Shown: positions 1-10,271 of the stretch, in pieces
Numbering within the stretch: position 1 is the stretch's first letter
How the letters are laid out: each line of letters starts with the position of its first letter
Source: a bacterium
GTDB taxonomy: Bacteria > Hydrothermota > Tepidihabitantia > SM23-42
Length of the DNA: 64,000 bases
Direction of reading: 5' to 3'
Assembly (NCBI GenBank): GCA_049647165.1
Contig: JBARXB010000057.1
Coordinates: forward strand, 36,533-100,532
The notes under the pieces: generated by a model
Told to the model about the DNA's origin: nothing
Database searches by the model: none
Seen by the model: only the letters and a program-made list of their open reading frames with translations
Translations under genes and position numbers: made by a program

Positions 1-84
1 GGTGGCGACGATGAAGTGATATCAGGTGATGTTTTGATCATGCTCGGTAAGAACGAGGATCTCGAAAAGATTGAGAAGCTATGA
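1..84 (+). CDS. 3' end of a gene running off the left edge; tail resembles a TrkA-C/RCK_C-type domain end
   Basis: Frame open from base 1 to TGA at 82-84 (..VISGDVLIMLGKNEDLEKIEKL*). The stop overlaps the next ATG (ATGA). Confidence 0.35.
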   Translation, partial: GGDDEVISGDVLIMLGKNEDLEKIEKL

Positions 85-338
85 ATCAGGACTTCGATGA
101 CCTTTTAGAACTGGGTAATTTTTACATATTGAGTCAGCGCTTTGAAGAAGCGTTAAAGGTTCTTAAAAAAGCTGAAAAGATCGACAAAATGAATCCTGCT
201 CTGTACTTTAACATGGGCATGGCACACGAAGGTCTTAATGAAAGAGATGAAGCGCGAAATTCATTCAGATTGACTTTGAAGCTCAATCCCGATGATAAAG
301 CTGCTCAAGAACATCTCACAAAGTTGGTTGAAGAATGA
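81..338 (+). CDS. small TPR-repeat protein
   Basis: 85 aa with TPR-like helices (ALYFNMGMAHEGLNERDEARNSFRLTLKLNP). ATGA overlaps on both sides indicate an operon. Confidence 0.7.
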   Translation: MNQDFDDLLELGNFYILSQRFEEALKVLKKAEKIDKMNPALYFNMGMAHEGLNERDEARNSFRLTLKLNPDDKAAQEHLTKLVEE

Positions 339-892
339 AGACAAAATATATCGAGGAAATAATAGCTTATACTGGAGAACAGCTGCGCAGTAATTTCGCG
401 TATACCGAGTTCAATATCATCGGTGATTCAATAATTGCCTTTTGCGGTGTTTGTGATATTCCGGTTGAGAAGATGGTAGATCTGGAAGATGTTAGAGACA
501 ATGCGATGATATATTCTGAGTCAATGGTGCATTTTATCGTCGAACACCACGATTCTGATCTGGAAAAGGCGGTATTAAGACAACTCATGCTCGCGACCAT
601 AATCTATGAAGTTCTTAATGAAATTCGAGCTGATTTATGTATAGAAAGACTCGGTAGTGATCTGTATGATCATGATGCAAAATTATCGATATCAATAGCC
701 ACTCTAACACCACTATCTTCACTGATACACTTTGGAGTCAATATCTCATCTGATAATACCCCTGTAAAAACCAAGGGTTTGAAAGATTACGGGATTAATC
801 CGCACGATTTTGCTGAATCCGTCATGGCTAAATATAAGGAAATGGAGTCAGAAATACTTTTAGCACGCTGTAAAGTAAGGTGGCGAGAGTGA
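335..892 (+). CDS. DUF366-like protein of unknown function
   Basis: 185 aa. From memory it resembles the DUF366 family that usually sits next to QueE-like radical SAM genes. It overlaps the next gene by 13 nt. Needs a profile search. Confidence 0.5.
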   Translation: MKTKYIEEIIAYTGEQLRSNFAYTEFNIIGDSIIAFCGVCDIPVEKMVDLEDVRDNAMIYSESMVHFIVEHHDSDLEKAVLRQLMLATIIYEVLNEIRADLCIERLGSDLYDHDAKLSISIATLTPLSSLIHFGVNISSDNTPVKTKGLKDYGINPHDFAESVMAKYKEMESEILLARCKVRWRE

Positions 893-1572
893 CAGGTTAT
901 ATAAGAGAGCTTTTTACATCGGTGCAGGGTGAAGGTATAAAGCTCGGGAAACGACAGACTTTCATCAGGTTTTTAGGTTGTAATCTTTCCTGTAACTATT
1001 GTGATACGCCGGACACTCAAAAAAAGGAAGGTCCTTTTGTTTATGCCGGGAAGATATTACCGAATCCAGTCACGGTGGATTTACTTCTTGATAAATTGGA
1101 TGCTGATGAAATATCGATCACCGGTGGTGAACCATTGCTGCAAATGGAATTTCTGGTAGAATTGTGTGAAAGAATGATCGGATTGGATAAAGAAATATAC
1201 CTGGATACGAATGGTACTTTGCCAGATGAACTCAGTAAGATAATAAAATATATAGACACCGTGTCATTGGATTTTAAAATACCGACGGCTACTGGACGTC
1301 CTAAACTTTGGAATGAACATGCATCCTGTCTTGAGATCGCTGCCCAGAAGGCAGTATATGTAAAGATGGTGATCAATGATAATCTATTACCCCAAGAACT
1401 GGATACGGCATGCAATATTATTAAAAAAGTAGATAAAAACATAATCTTGGTACTTCAACCAATCTCGGGTAGTGTTATACCGAATATATTAGATATCCAA
1501 AAAACAGCTCTTAGAATTTTAAAAGACGTTCGGATAATACCTCAGGTTCACACATATCTAGGGTTGGCTTAG
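880..1572 (+). CDS. radical SAM enzyme of the 7-carboxy-7-deazaguanine synthase (QueE)-like family
   Basis: GTG start. ELFTSVQGEGIKLGKRQTFIRFLGCNLSCNYCDT matches the QueE-type N-terminus with CxxxCxxC. GGEPLL SAM-binding motif present. Confidence 0.8.
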   Translation: MARVTGYIRELFTSVQGEGIKLGKRQTFIRFLGCNLSCNYCDTPDTQKKEGPFVYAGKILPNPVTVDLLLDKLDADEISITGGEPLLQMEFLVELCERMIGLDKEIYLDTNGTLPDELSKIIKYIDTVSLDFKIPTATGRPKLWNEHASCLEIAAQKAVYVKMVINDNLLPQELDTACNIIKKVDKNIILVLQPISGSVIPNILDIQKTALRILKDVRIIPQVHTYLGLA

Positions 1573-1589
1573 GGATTCAAAACAAAAAT

Positions 1590-2894
1590 TTAAGGCGGAT
1601 AACCCACCTTTTCGAGGAAATTGTTACGATAGGACAAATTAGGTAAAAGGTTGAACAGCATAGTATTATAAATACCCAATTTTGGCGATACAGATACATT
1701 ACGGTAAAGTATAGAATCCCAGGAGTAGAATCTATCACGTAACCATTCCATCCAGGAGTAAAGTGCCTGAGGGGTGATGCCAGGGATTTGCACGATAGGC
1801 ATCCATTGATCATATAGTGCTAGGTCTTGAGCAATAAACCCTTTGCTTCGATACTGACGATAGGTTTCAGTACCCGGTATTGGGGTTTGTACGGTAATCT
1901 TAACCATATCTATTTTTATTTTTAAAAGAAAGTTGAGAAGTTTTTGATAAAACATAAAATCTTCACCTTCAAAACCGAGTCTCAGCAAAAGCCCACATGC
2001 AATTCTATTGTTGTGGAGTAGGCCTGTTTGACGTTTCTTTTCTTTTACAAACCATGGGTTATCGATCTTTCTTGCCAGATCCTGTCCTAACCAATCTTCC
2101 TTCATATGGATTATGCGGACGCCATTGTCGCGGAGAAGCGGGAAGAATTTTGTATGATCGAATAATCTTCCGGTACTTTGACATAGCCACATTTTTTTGA
2201 AACGCCAGCACTTATCTAAGAGATTCAAAGCATAATCAAAGTCATGAAAGAAATCATCGTCACGCAGAAATATAACCTTCCTTTTTATACGCGCAACTTC
2301 ATTGATCGCTGCATTTATATCCCACCATACCATCTTTTTATAAATTATATTTTCATAGCAGAAATCTTTATTGTTTTTTATACAACTGCAGCCAAATGAA
2401 GTTCTTAGCTGTGATAGTGCCGGAGTTAAGCCGTATTTTGCTTCTGCTGTTCGGTCGATACCAAATTGATCTTTCCGGTTCGATCTGTAAATTTTTGAAA
2501 GTTTGTTATTCTTTGCATCTTCAATAATTTGTTTCCAGATATTAGCTATGTCACCAATAACAACACTGTCGGCAAATTTTCTGTTGAGAGCAGGGAAGAG
2601 GGTTGGAAAAAAGCCAAATGAAATCACCCTGGTATTTCTGGACCAGTGTTTTCTGATCGTCGATGCGACATAGCGAGAAAGATTAAGCGGTACATTAGCC
2701 ACAAGCAGATCAGGTTTGAAATCTGGTTTGTTCTCGATACGCTCGTCGTAGTATCTGAAATCGTGTTTTCCTGACAGAGAAGCAAGGCGCATCACGTCAT
2801 AATTGGGTCTGCGGAAAAATGCGCTTCCTTTTATTGCCTCGTAAGAAGTATATCTCTTCTGGGTCGTAGCAGGACTATAAAAAAGTATTCTCAT
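1590..2894 (-). CDS. B12-binding-domain/radical-SAM-like protein with a non-canonical Cys cluster
   Basis: 434 aa. Rossmann-like N-terminus and a TIM-like core. Where class B radical SAM enzymes have GCxxxCxFC, the sequence reads FGCSCIKNNKDFC (C-x-C-x8-C). Confidence 0.55.
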   Translation of the reverse strand: MRILFYSPATTQKRYTSYEAIKGSAFFRRPNYDVMRLASLSGKHDFRYYDERIENKPDFKPDLLVANVPLNLSRYVASTIRKHWSRNTRVISFGFFPTLFPALNRKFADSVVIGDIANIWKQIIEDAKNNKLSKIYRSNRKDQFGIDRTAEAKYGLTPALSQLRTSFGCSCIKNNKDFCYENIIYKKMVWWDINAAINEVARIKRKVIFLRDDDFFHDFDYALNLLDKCWRFKKMWLCQSTGRLFDHTKFFPLLRDNGVRIIHMKEDWLGQDLARKIDNPWFVKEKKRQTGLLHNNRIACGLLLRLGFEGEDFMFYQKLLNFLLKIKIDMVKITVQTPIPGTETYRQYRSKGFIAQDLALYDQWMPIVQIPGITPQALYSWMEWLRDRFYSWDSILYRNVSVSPKLGIYNTMLFNLLPNLSYRNNFLEKVGYPP

Positions 2895-2940
2895 AGTTCT
2901 AAAGAACTATTTGATTCAGACGGATTGAAGATGAATTCAA

Positions 2941-4302
2941 TCATCTTGTGAGGTCATTGAATGTTACAAAGATAATGAGAAGAAGAATGAGCGCATAGCC
3001 GATTTGCTGAATCACAAGCATTGTTTTTTTGCTGAAACGCTTGCGTCTTATAGCTTCAATGATCGCGATAAGTATATGACCACCGTCAAGTGCTGGGATC
3101 GGGAAAAGGTTGATAATACCCAGATTTATAGAGATTATCATCAAGAGGCCAAGAAGATGTTCAAAACCCCACTGTGCTGATTCTGTACTGAGTTTGAATA
3201 TTGCGATGGGACCGCCCATCTGCTTGGCTGGGATCTGACGGGTGATCAACTGATAAAAAATACCAAGCATGCGCTTGATAATTTCAATAGTTCTTGTGAA
3301 TGCTAAGCCAAAAGCATTAAACAGGGGTAGATATTCTCTGCTAAAGGGCATGAAAACACCGATTTGGCCTATTGTGTCTTGATCAATAGGGTCGTAAAAT
3401 GAAGCGGGTGTAATTTCGGCGACAAGATACTCGTCTCCGTGTTGCCACGTAAATGTAAGCGGTACATTTCGGTTTTCCCGTACCAGTTTAACCATCTGGT
3501 GCCACGTATGCATCTGGTGATCGTTAATTTTTATAATGATATCGCCTTTTTTCATGCCTGCCTTATCCGCCGGACCATTTTGTTTCAGACTGCCCAAAAG
3601 GGGCGGGACGATCGGTGTCAATCCGGTTGATTCGGCTTCAAAAAGAACACCGATATCAATAATTTCATCATCTCGAAGTAGAGTCACTATAGTTTTTTCA
3701 TGATATGTAAGATCATTGAGAAATTCTTCCCAGTTATTCACTGGTGTATTGTTAATGGCCATGATCGAATCACCGGTTAAAAACCCGGATTTTGCGTAGT
3801 AACTTCCTTTATCAACCTCAATATGCATGAACGGCGTAACGACCATGCCATATATCATAAAAGTAAGAAATAATATCACAAAAGCTGAAAATATATTGAA
3901 AAGAGGTCCACTCAACACAACGACAATACGTTTGTATATCGGCGCATCGTAAAAACCATCATGTTTTTCTGGTATTATAGTTTCTTCTGTTTTCTTTTCT
4001 GCTGTTTCTATTGATGTATCCTGGCCTTCAGTTTCCGGTCCGGTACTTTTATCATTTTTGAGTATTATACCTTCTTCCTCACCAGCCATTTTCACATAGC
4101 CGCCCAGAGGGAAATATGCTATTCGGAAATCAGTCTCACCAATTTTCATTCTAATTAAAGGTGGTCCATAACCTATTGAAAATTTTTCGACCGCAATACC
4201 AAATATCTTAGCGAAAATAAAATGTCCGAATTCATGAATAGTTACACAAAAACCAAGGATGAAAAGGAATGGTAAGATCGAATAAAGAAAAAAATTAATC
4301 AT
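2941..4302 (-). CDS. rseP: RIP metalloprotease RseP (site-2 protease, M50) with PDZ domains
   Basis: HEFGHF zinc motif in TM1, PDZ-like middle region, NLFPIPALDGGH motif near the C-terminus. Start moved to MINFF (4302), giving an ATGA overlap with the dxr stop. Confidence 0.85.
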   Translation of the reverse strand: MINFFLYSILPFLFILGFCVTIHEFGHFIFAKIFGIAVEKFSIGYGPPLIRMKIGETDFRIAYFPLGGYVKMAGEEEGIILKNDKSTGPETEGQDTSIETAEKKTEETIIPEKHDGFYDAPIYKRIVVVLSGPLFNIFSAFVILFLTFMIYGMVVTPFMHIEVDKGSYYAKSGFLTGDSIMAINNTPVNNWEEFLNDLTYHEKTIVTLLRDDEIIDIGVLFEAESTGLTPIVPPLLGSLKQNGPADKAGMKKGDIIIKINDHQMHTWHQMVKLVRENRNVPLTFTWQHGDEYLVAEITPASFYDPIDQDTIGQIGVFMPFSREYLPLFNAFGLAFTRTIEIIKRMLGIFYQLITRQIPAKQMGGPIAIFKLSTESAQWGFEHLLGLLMIISINLGIINLFPIPALDGGHILIAIIEAIRRKRFSKKTMLVIQQIGYALILLLIIFVTFNDLTR

Positions 4303-5423
4303 ACAAGACTCCTTACTGTTTGTTTTGCCCATGCTGCCCACTCAATATAATCTTTGATCGAGCCTTTTTGGGGTCTATGTTTGTTCATGACTTTTTTTAT
4401 GATCTGCGGAATTTGACGAAATTTGATTTTATTTTCGAGGAACAGCCTAACGACCTCTTCATTAGCCGCATTGAGCACGGATGGCATGCTTTTCCCAGCC
4501 TTCAGAGCCTCGTAGGCAAATAATAAACATGGAAATTTTTTAAAATCAGGACGTATGAATTCCAAACGCTTTACACGATTCATGTCCAGATACTTGACCG
4601 ATGATGTTCGTCTCCCTGGAGAGGTAAGTGAATGTTGTATGGGTAATTTCATATCTGGTGTGGACAATTGAGCGATTAGTGTGCCGTCGATAAATTGAAC
4701 AAGAGAGTGGCAAATGGCTTCGGGATGTATAATGACTTTGATACGCTCGGGAGGCATTTGAAATAGATGATGAGCTTCAATAACCTCAAGTCCTTTGTTC
4801 ATCATTGTTGCGGAATCGACCGTGATTTTTGCGCCCATTTTCCAAACAGGATGGTTAAGAACATCTGATTTAGTCACATTTTTCATTGATTTCTTCAAGA
4901 ATGGCCCACCTGAAGCGGTCAAGATTATCGTATTTACATCATCCATATTTCTGCCCTCTAAACATTGATATATTGCTGAGTGTTCACTATCAATCGGTAT
5001 GATGTTCATATTGTGTTGCCTGATCTCTTTCATGATGATATCGCCAAAACTTACGAGTATTTCTTTTGTTGCAAGGCATAAACGTAATCGTTTTTCAATG
5101 GCTTTTTTAATACCATATATGCCTACCGCACTCGCAAATGCAGCGATAAGTATATCTGCATTAGTAGTTTCTATCATCTCGGTAATACCCGACTCACCAC
5201 AGAAAACCTTCGCACCAGCTCTTTGAGTCTTGAGCGAATTATAGTGTTTTTTGTCGACTAATGCGATGCTTTTGGGTTTAAGCCATTGGGTTTGTTTAAG
5301 AAGCATCCGGTGATTCTTATAAGCGGCTAATCCTACGATTTTATAACCGTCAAGATTTTCAACGACTTCTATTGCATTGCGTCCTATTGAACCGGTTGAA
5401 CCGAGAAGGATGATCTTTTTCAC
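4299..5423 (-). CDS. dxr: 1-deoxy-D-xylulose-5-phosphate reductoisomerase
   Basis: LGSTGSIG NADPH-binding N-terminus, SEHSA and NKGLEVIEAHHLF motifs. Conserved dxr-rseP synteny. Confidence 0.95.
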   Translation of the reverse strand: MKKIILLGSTGSIGRNAIEVVENLDGYKIVGLAAYKNHRMLLKQTQWLKPKSIALVDKKHYNSLKTQRAGAKVFCGESGITEMIETTNADILIAAFASAVGIYGIKKAIEKRLRLCLATKEILVSFGDIIMKEIRQHNMNIIPIDSEHSAIYQCLEGRNMDDVNTIILTASGGPFLKKSMKNVTKSDVLNHPVWKMGAKITVDSATMMNKGLEVIEAHHLFQMPPERIKVIIHPEAICHSLVQFIDGTLIAQLSTPDMKLPIQHSLTSPGRRTSSVKYLDMNRVKRLEFIRPDFKKFPCLLFAYEALKAGKSMPSVLNAANEEVVRLFLENKIKFRQIPQIIKKVMNKHRPQKGSIKDYIEWAAWAKQTVRSLV

Positions 5424-6082
5424 AATAGCTTTTCAATGAGCCTAAGATCTTCTTTTCTCGTAATCTTAATATTGTTAAGTTGACCTTGGAATAGATGTAC
5501 CTGGATACCTTGTGCCTCTAATATCGCCGATTCATCTGTATATTCCCTGGACATTAGCGCTGTCTTAATGGTTTTCTTAAGGAGCTGCACATCATAGAAT
5601 TGAGGGGTTTGAATAAGAAAAAGGTTTTTCCTTGGCACCGTGCGCAAGACGCGATGATCTCTTGATTCCTTCACCGTGTCTCCAACTGGAATGCCAAAAA
5701 TTACTGCTTTATATTTCTTGCATAATTTTATTCCTTTATTTATTAAAGATTGGGTGATCAAAGGACGAACACCATCATGGATAAGGACAATACCTTGCTG
5801 TGTTTTTACTTGAGCCAAGCCGTTTAATACTGAATCCTGACGTCTTTTACCGCCAGTGACGACTTTTTTGACCTTTTCAAGCTTGAATTTCTTGATCAGT
5901 TGTTTCACAAAGTCTATTTTATTTTTTGGCACAGCTAAAATTATTGAGTTTATTCGTTTATTTTTCTGAAAGGACAGGATACTATATACCAAGATCGGGA
6001 TACCACGAAGTAGCTGAAATTGCTTTACCCCTTCAAATCTCGAGCCTTTGCCAGCAGCTACGATAATGGCGCAATTGTGCAT
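5420..6082 (-). CDS. ispD: 2-C-methyl-D-erythritol 4-phosphate cytidylyltransferase
   Basis: AIIVAAGKGSRF N-terminus, IHDGVRP motif. 4-nt overlap with dxr. Confidence 0.9.
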   Translation of the reverse strand: MHNCAIIVAAGKGSRFEGVKQFQLLRGIPILVYSILSFQKNKRINSIILAVPKNKIDFVKQLIKKFKLEKVKKVVTGGKRRQDSVLNGLAQVKTQQGIVLIHDGVRPLITQSLINKGIKLCKKYKAVIFGIPVGDTVKESRDHRVLRTVPRKNLFLIQTPQFYDVQLLKKTIKTALMSREYTDESAILEAQGIQVHLFQGQLNNIKITRKEDLRLIEKLL

Positions 6083-6325
6083 TGGAAATGATAGTCAGAA
6101 TAGACAGGATGTCAAGAGAACCTCTTGACAATATCTCAAACCTAAGCCCTAAATTCGAAACAATCTCAAAATTCAAATATTGAAATAACAAACGCTTATT
6201 TTCTCAAAGTCACCTAATTAGGGTAGTTTAAAGGGTGGGTAGTGGTTTTGAAGATTTGGATTTTGATAATTAGAATTTGTTTAGGATTCAGAATTTCGCA
6301 TTTCGTGCTTCTTTCTATTTGCCTA

Positions 6326-6353
6326 TTGACATTTGGTGAATTATGAATATGAT
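6326..6353 (+). promoter_or_regulatory. sigma70-type promoter (TTGACA-16-TATGAT) for the lipoprotein/LysM genes
   Basis: TTGACA at 6326-6331 and TATGAT at 6348-6353. It shares the 15-mer ATTGACATTTGGTGA with the promoter at 40997-41011. Confidence 0.5.
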
Positions 6354-6386
6354 TTAGTATTAAATAGCCCATAAGGAGGTGGCATT

Positions 6387-6644
6387 ATGAAAAAAATACT
6401 TGCGGTTCTTCTCCTCTCTATTGTCATTATTGGTTGCGGTCCCAAAATGGCAACTCAGGAGACTCTGGATGCGCTTTCAGAAGCTAGAGCCGCCTTAGAA
6501 GCTGCACAAGAAAGAATCGCTGAGCTTGAAGCTGAACTCGATGAACTGACAGCTATGAAAATGGAACTCGAGAATGCAATTGCTGATCTCTCTAGCCAAA
6601 TCGATGAGTTGCAGAACAAGATAGATACGCGCTGCAAGAAATAA
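6387..6644 (+). CDS. small coiled-coil lipoprotein (Lpp-like)
   Basis: Perfect SD (AAGGAGGTG). Signal peptide with lipobox IIGC. Heptad-rich EAELDEL.. body. Confidence 0.7.
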   Translation: MKKILAVLLLSIVIIGCGPKMATQETLDALSEARAALEAAQERIAELEAELDELTAMKMELENAIADLSSQIDELQNKIDTRCKK

Positions 6645-6654
6645 GGAGGATGAA

Positions 6655-7251
6655 ATGAAAAAGATTGCTTCTGTTTGTATGGTTCTCTTCTTGCTAATCC
6701 CTGCTTTTATGTTCGCTCAGGAAAAGCTGACCGAAAAGGAAGCTCAGGCTGAGTTATTGGTCTTACAGCAACAATTAGCAGAGGCTGAAGCTAATATTGC
6801 GACATTGGTTACTGAGGTCGAAGCACTGCGTACAGATGTTGCCGATTTGGGAGCGACCCGTGATGGTCTTGAATCGAAGCTTGATGAACTAAAAACAGCA
6901 TGGAAGATGTGTCAGTACGGACGCTATAAGGTTATTGAAGGTGACTGGTTGTCCAAAATTGCAAGCATGCGTGAAGTATATCACCAAGGCTCACAATGGC
7001 CAATGATATATGAAGCCAACAAGGACAAGATCAGGAACCCGAACCTTATATATCCGGGTTGGGTATTACTTATTCCTTATCTTGATAACTACAATGTAAT
7101 ACCTGGTGATTATCTTACATTGATCGCATCGTATTACTCCATCTACTCAAACTCGAGAAGATGGCCAGAAATATTCGAAGCGAACAAAGATAAGATCAAA
7201 GATCCTGATTGGATATATCCGAGACAGGAATTTGTAGTACCACATGACTAA
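6655..7251 (+). CDS. secreted coiled-coil protein with two LysM peptidoglycan-binding domains
   Basis: SD AAGGAGG, signal peptide, and two LysM-like units (YKVIEGDWLSKIA.., YNVIPGDYLTLIA..). Confidence 0.8.
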   Translation: MKKIASVCMVLFLLIPAFMFAQEKLTEKEAQAELLVLQQQLAEAEANIATLVTEVEALRTDVADLGATRDGLESKLDELKTAWKMCQYGRYKVIEGDWLSKIASMREVYHQGSQWPMIYEANKDKIRNPNLIYPGWVLLIPYLDNYNVIPGDYLTLIASYYSIYSNSRRWPEIFEANKDKIKDPDWIYPRQEFVVPHD

Positions 7252-7258
7252 AAGTTTT

Positions 7259-7285
7259 GGGAGGGGCATGTAGCTTGCCCCTCCC
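7259..7285 (+). other. GC-rich 10-bp stem-loop between the LysM gene and phoH, with no U-tract
   Basis: GGGAGGGGCA (7259-7268) pairs perfectly with TGCCCCTCCC (7276-7285). The phoH GTG follows at 7292. Confidence 0.3.
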
Positions 7286-7291
7286 ACTGAT

Positions 7292-8197
7292 GTGAAAGTA
7301 TCAATTCCCATATCTGATTACGACCCGACTCAAGTTCTTGGTTTCCAAGATGAAATCCTTAAAAATATACAGACGAAGTATAATATTGTTGCATCTATGC
7401 GCGATGCATGCATATACCTCGAAGGTGATGAGGAAAAGATAAAAGAAGCTGCAAAGGTGATAAAAAAGATATTGAAAGATCTCGATAAAGATCATAAAAA
7501 CGATTATCAGAAGATCAGCATGGTGGAGGAAAAAAATGAGGCATGCGTAACCACGCCCAAGAGATTGGTTAAGGCAAAAAGCTCCGGGCAGATGGAATAC
7601 ATTAAAGCTATCGGGGAAAGCGATATTGTTATCAGTATTGGGCCAGCCGGTACCGGTAAGACTTATCTCGGAGTTGCCAAAGCCGTAGCATATCTGATGT
7701 CAAAGAAAGTTGAACGTATCATCTTGACCAGACCAGCAGTTGAAGCTGGTGAATCTCTGGGTTTCTTACCCGGTGCACTTGAAGAAAAGGTTGATCCTTA
7801 CTTAAGACCGCTATATGATGCACTTCATGATTTTCTACCCTATGATCGTGTTAAGAAATATCTTGCAATGAAAACCATAGAGGTTGCGCCGCTGGCTTAT
7901 ATGCGGGGTAGAACATTGAACGATTCATTCATTATACTTGACGAAGCTCAAAATACCACCGGGATACAAATGAAGATGTTTCTAACAAGGATGGGGTGGA
8001 GATCAAAAGTGGTCGTTACCGGTGATATTACCCAGATAGATCTGCCCACTAATGTCCCTTCGGGTTTAATCGAGATACAACATATTTTGAAGGATATCGC
8101 GGCGATCAAATTTGTATACTTGAATGAAAAAGACGTCGCCCGGCATAATCTTGTTCAAAAAATAATAAAAGCTTATGAAGCTAAAGATCAAGCCTAA
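7292..8197 (+). CDS. phoH: PhoH-like ATPase
   Basis: Walker [16 protein letters not shown] Walker B region. Classical phoH-ybeY-corC neighbourhood. Confidence 0.9.
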   Translation: MKVSIPISDYDPTQVLGFQDEILKNIQTKYNIVASMRDACIYLEGDEEKIKEAAKVIKKILKDLDKDHKNDYQKISMVEEKNEACVTTPKRLVKAKSSGQMEYIKAIGESDIVISIGPAGTGKTYLGVAKAVAYLMSKKVERIILTRPAVEAGESLGFLPGALEEKVDPYLRPLYDALHDFLPYDRVKKYLAMKTIEVAPLAYMRGRTLNDSFIILDEAQNTTGIQMKMFLTRMGWRSKVVVTGDITQIDLPTNVPSGLIEIQHILKDIAAIKFVYLNEKDVARHNLVQKIIKAYEAKDQA

Positions 8198-10271
8198 GTA
8201 TTTTATACTTATTGGCATCTTCCTTTTATTGAATATTATATTTCCACCGCCAAAAGTACCTACAAAATATAGTGTTAACGAGGGTGAAATAGCGATTTCA
8301 GATATTATCGCGACCTATGATTTTCTAATACCGAAAACTGAGCAAGAGCTGTATGAGGAGAAAAATGAAATAGCAGCAAGGATCCCGCCTGTTTTCGAGT
8401 TTGACAATGCTGTTCACAAAATGGTTTTGAAAAAGCTAAGCGGTCTCCAGAGTCTTATCGATTCTTTGCATAAGATTGCATCAATTACTGAAGATTCATT
8501 GATATTTCTGGTTCAGAAAGAATATGCACTCGATGGTAATGTCATAAGATACCTCGTTAGAAATCAATCAAAAAAATTGAATGAAGAATTGTTAACCGGA
8601 CTTGGAGATATATATTCTGTCGGTGTCGTTGAATCAAAGCCACCAAATTTTAGAATAATCACTATTGTAAGCGGGGACAAAGAAATTGTCGAATCGATTG
8701 AAAAATTACACTCGGTCAGTGAAGCGGAAAACATCCTGAGCAGCAGAAAGAGGGCTGAGCTGCAAATGTTAGTCAGTTTTCTGATTACCCCAAATGTTAT
8801 TTATAATGAACAAAAAACTGAAAAAAGGATAGAGGATGTTTTCTCAAACGTACCAAAAACTAAAGGGAAAATCCTAAAGGGTGAGATTATTGTCGAGAAA
8901 CACAAGAGAGTCACGAAAGAAGCAAAGGAAATAATTACTGCGCTGGAAGGTACTTACATATCAGTCGGTACGTGGGAAATATTTAAAACTATGTTTTTCA
9001 GGAATTTACTCTATTTTGCAGCATTATTTTTCTTATTAAATATCGGGATTGTAAAGAGAACACCACTGTTTTTGAAAAAGAATGTTTACTTTATGGCTTT
9101 ACTTACAGCTGTCTACTTGGTGATTGGGAAAGTTACCCTTGTTACCGATACATTATATCTTCTACCGATTTCTTTTTTCATTCTTTTATTTGCTTTATAT
9201 TTCGATACCTATATCGCAGTGGCAATGGCTTTGGTTTTTGCATCCATTTTTGGTATTGTTCTTAATTCAATGCCTGTATTTGTCTTTCTTCTAACCAGCG
9301 GGTTAGTAGCAGCTTTCTCATCACGTACGATCAGTTCCAGGTTGTCACTGTACAGGCCAATTATCTATATTGCGATCGCTAATATAGCGGCGATACTATT
9401 TTCTGATCTATATTTGCTTAAAGGAAATATTAATTTCTGGCATTTTGGGGAAGGTATTTTGAACAGTATCATGGGCAGTGTGCTTTTTGTTTTATTACTG
9501 CCGTTATTCGAGAAGATTTTCGATTTCTGTACGGACCTGACTCTTCTTGAACAGGGAAATTTGAATCTTCCAATGTTCAAGGAAATGGCTATGGAGACGC
9601 CAGGTACATATCATCATTCGATCATTGTCGGTAGTTTGGCCGAAGCTGCTTCTCGCACGATCGGGGCTGATCCAATTCTGGCAAGAGTAGGGGCATACTA
9701 CCATGATATCGGCAAGCTAAAGAAACCCGAATATTTTATTGAAAATCAAATTGGTGTAAAAAATCCTCATGATAATTTAAAACCTCAGATGAGCACTTTG
9801 ATAATAATCTCTCATGTCAAAGAAGGTGTCGAAATGGCGAAAAAGATGAAATTACCAAAAAAACTCATCGATATCATCGAGCAACACCATGGCACAACCG
9901 CAATAGAGCTCTTTTATAATAAAGCTCTGGATAAAACACCGGATATAAGTATGGATACATTTCGATATCCCGGACCCAAGCCAAAAACCAAAGAATCTGC
10001 TGTTGTCATGCTCGCCGATACGGTTGAAGCTGCAGCGAGGAGTGAAAAAAATATCACTGTTACTAAACTACAAAGATTGCTGAAAGATAATATTGAGAAA
10101 AAATTCGCTGACGGGCAACTTGATGAATGTCCGATCACGCGCCACGATTTGGAATCGATAAAAACTGCATTCTTATCGATCCTTACTGGAGTATTCCATC
10201 CCCGTGTGGAGTATGAACAAAATAATGCCAAGATAAGTGAAAAGAGAAGCGGGAATAATAAAAAATCCTGA
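8175..10271 (+). CDS. pgpH: 7TM-receptor HD/HDIG phosphohydrolase (PgpH/YqfF-like, cyclic-di-AMP phosphodiesterase family)
   Basis: Extracellular N-domain, 7 TM helices, C-terminal HD domain (HHSIIV.., YYHDIGK, EQHHGT). Confidence 0.85.
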   Translation: MKLKIKPKYFILIGIFLLLNIIFPPPKVPTKYSVNEGEIAISDIIATYDFLIPKTEQELYEEKNEIAARIPPVFEFDNAVHKMVLKKLSGLQSLIDSLHKIASITEDSLIFLVQKEYALDGNVIRYLVRNQSKKLNEELLTGLGDIYSVGVVESKPPNFRIITIVSGDKEIVESIEKLHSVSEAENILSSRKRAELQMLVSFLITPNVIYNEQKTEKRIEDVFSNVPKTKGKILKGEIIVEKHKRVTKEAKEIITALEGTYISVGTWEIFKTMFFRNLLYFAALFFLLNIGIVKRTPLFLKKNVYFMALLTAVYLVIGKVTLVTDTLYLLPISFFILLFALYFDTYIAVAMALVFASIFGIVLNSMPVFVFLLTSGLVAAFSSRTISSRLSLYRPIIYIAIANIAAILFSDLYLLKGNINFWHFGEGILNSIMGSVLFVLLLPLFEKIFDFCTDLTLLEQGNLNLPMFKEMAMETPGTYHHSIIVGSLAEAASRTIGADPILARVGAYYHDIGKLKKPEYFIENQIGVKNPHDNLKPQMSTLIIISHVKEGVEMAKKMKLPKKLIDIIEQHHGTTAIELFYNKALDKTPDISMDTFRYPGPKPKTKESAVVMLADTVEAAARSEKNITVTKLQRLLKDNIEKKFADGQLDECPITRHDLESIKTAFLSILTGVFHPRVEYEQNNAKISEKRSGNNKKS

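Noticed and set aside
2941-4341. Longer N-terminal extensions from the ORF track for rseP, nadB, AsmA-like, gmk, SIMPL, jag, yidC, M23 and VanZ
   Set aside because: The internal starts give canonical N-termini, signal peptides or lipoboxes, SD sequences, or ATGA stop-start coupling. The extensions overlap upstream genes.
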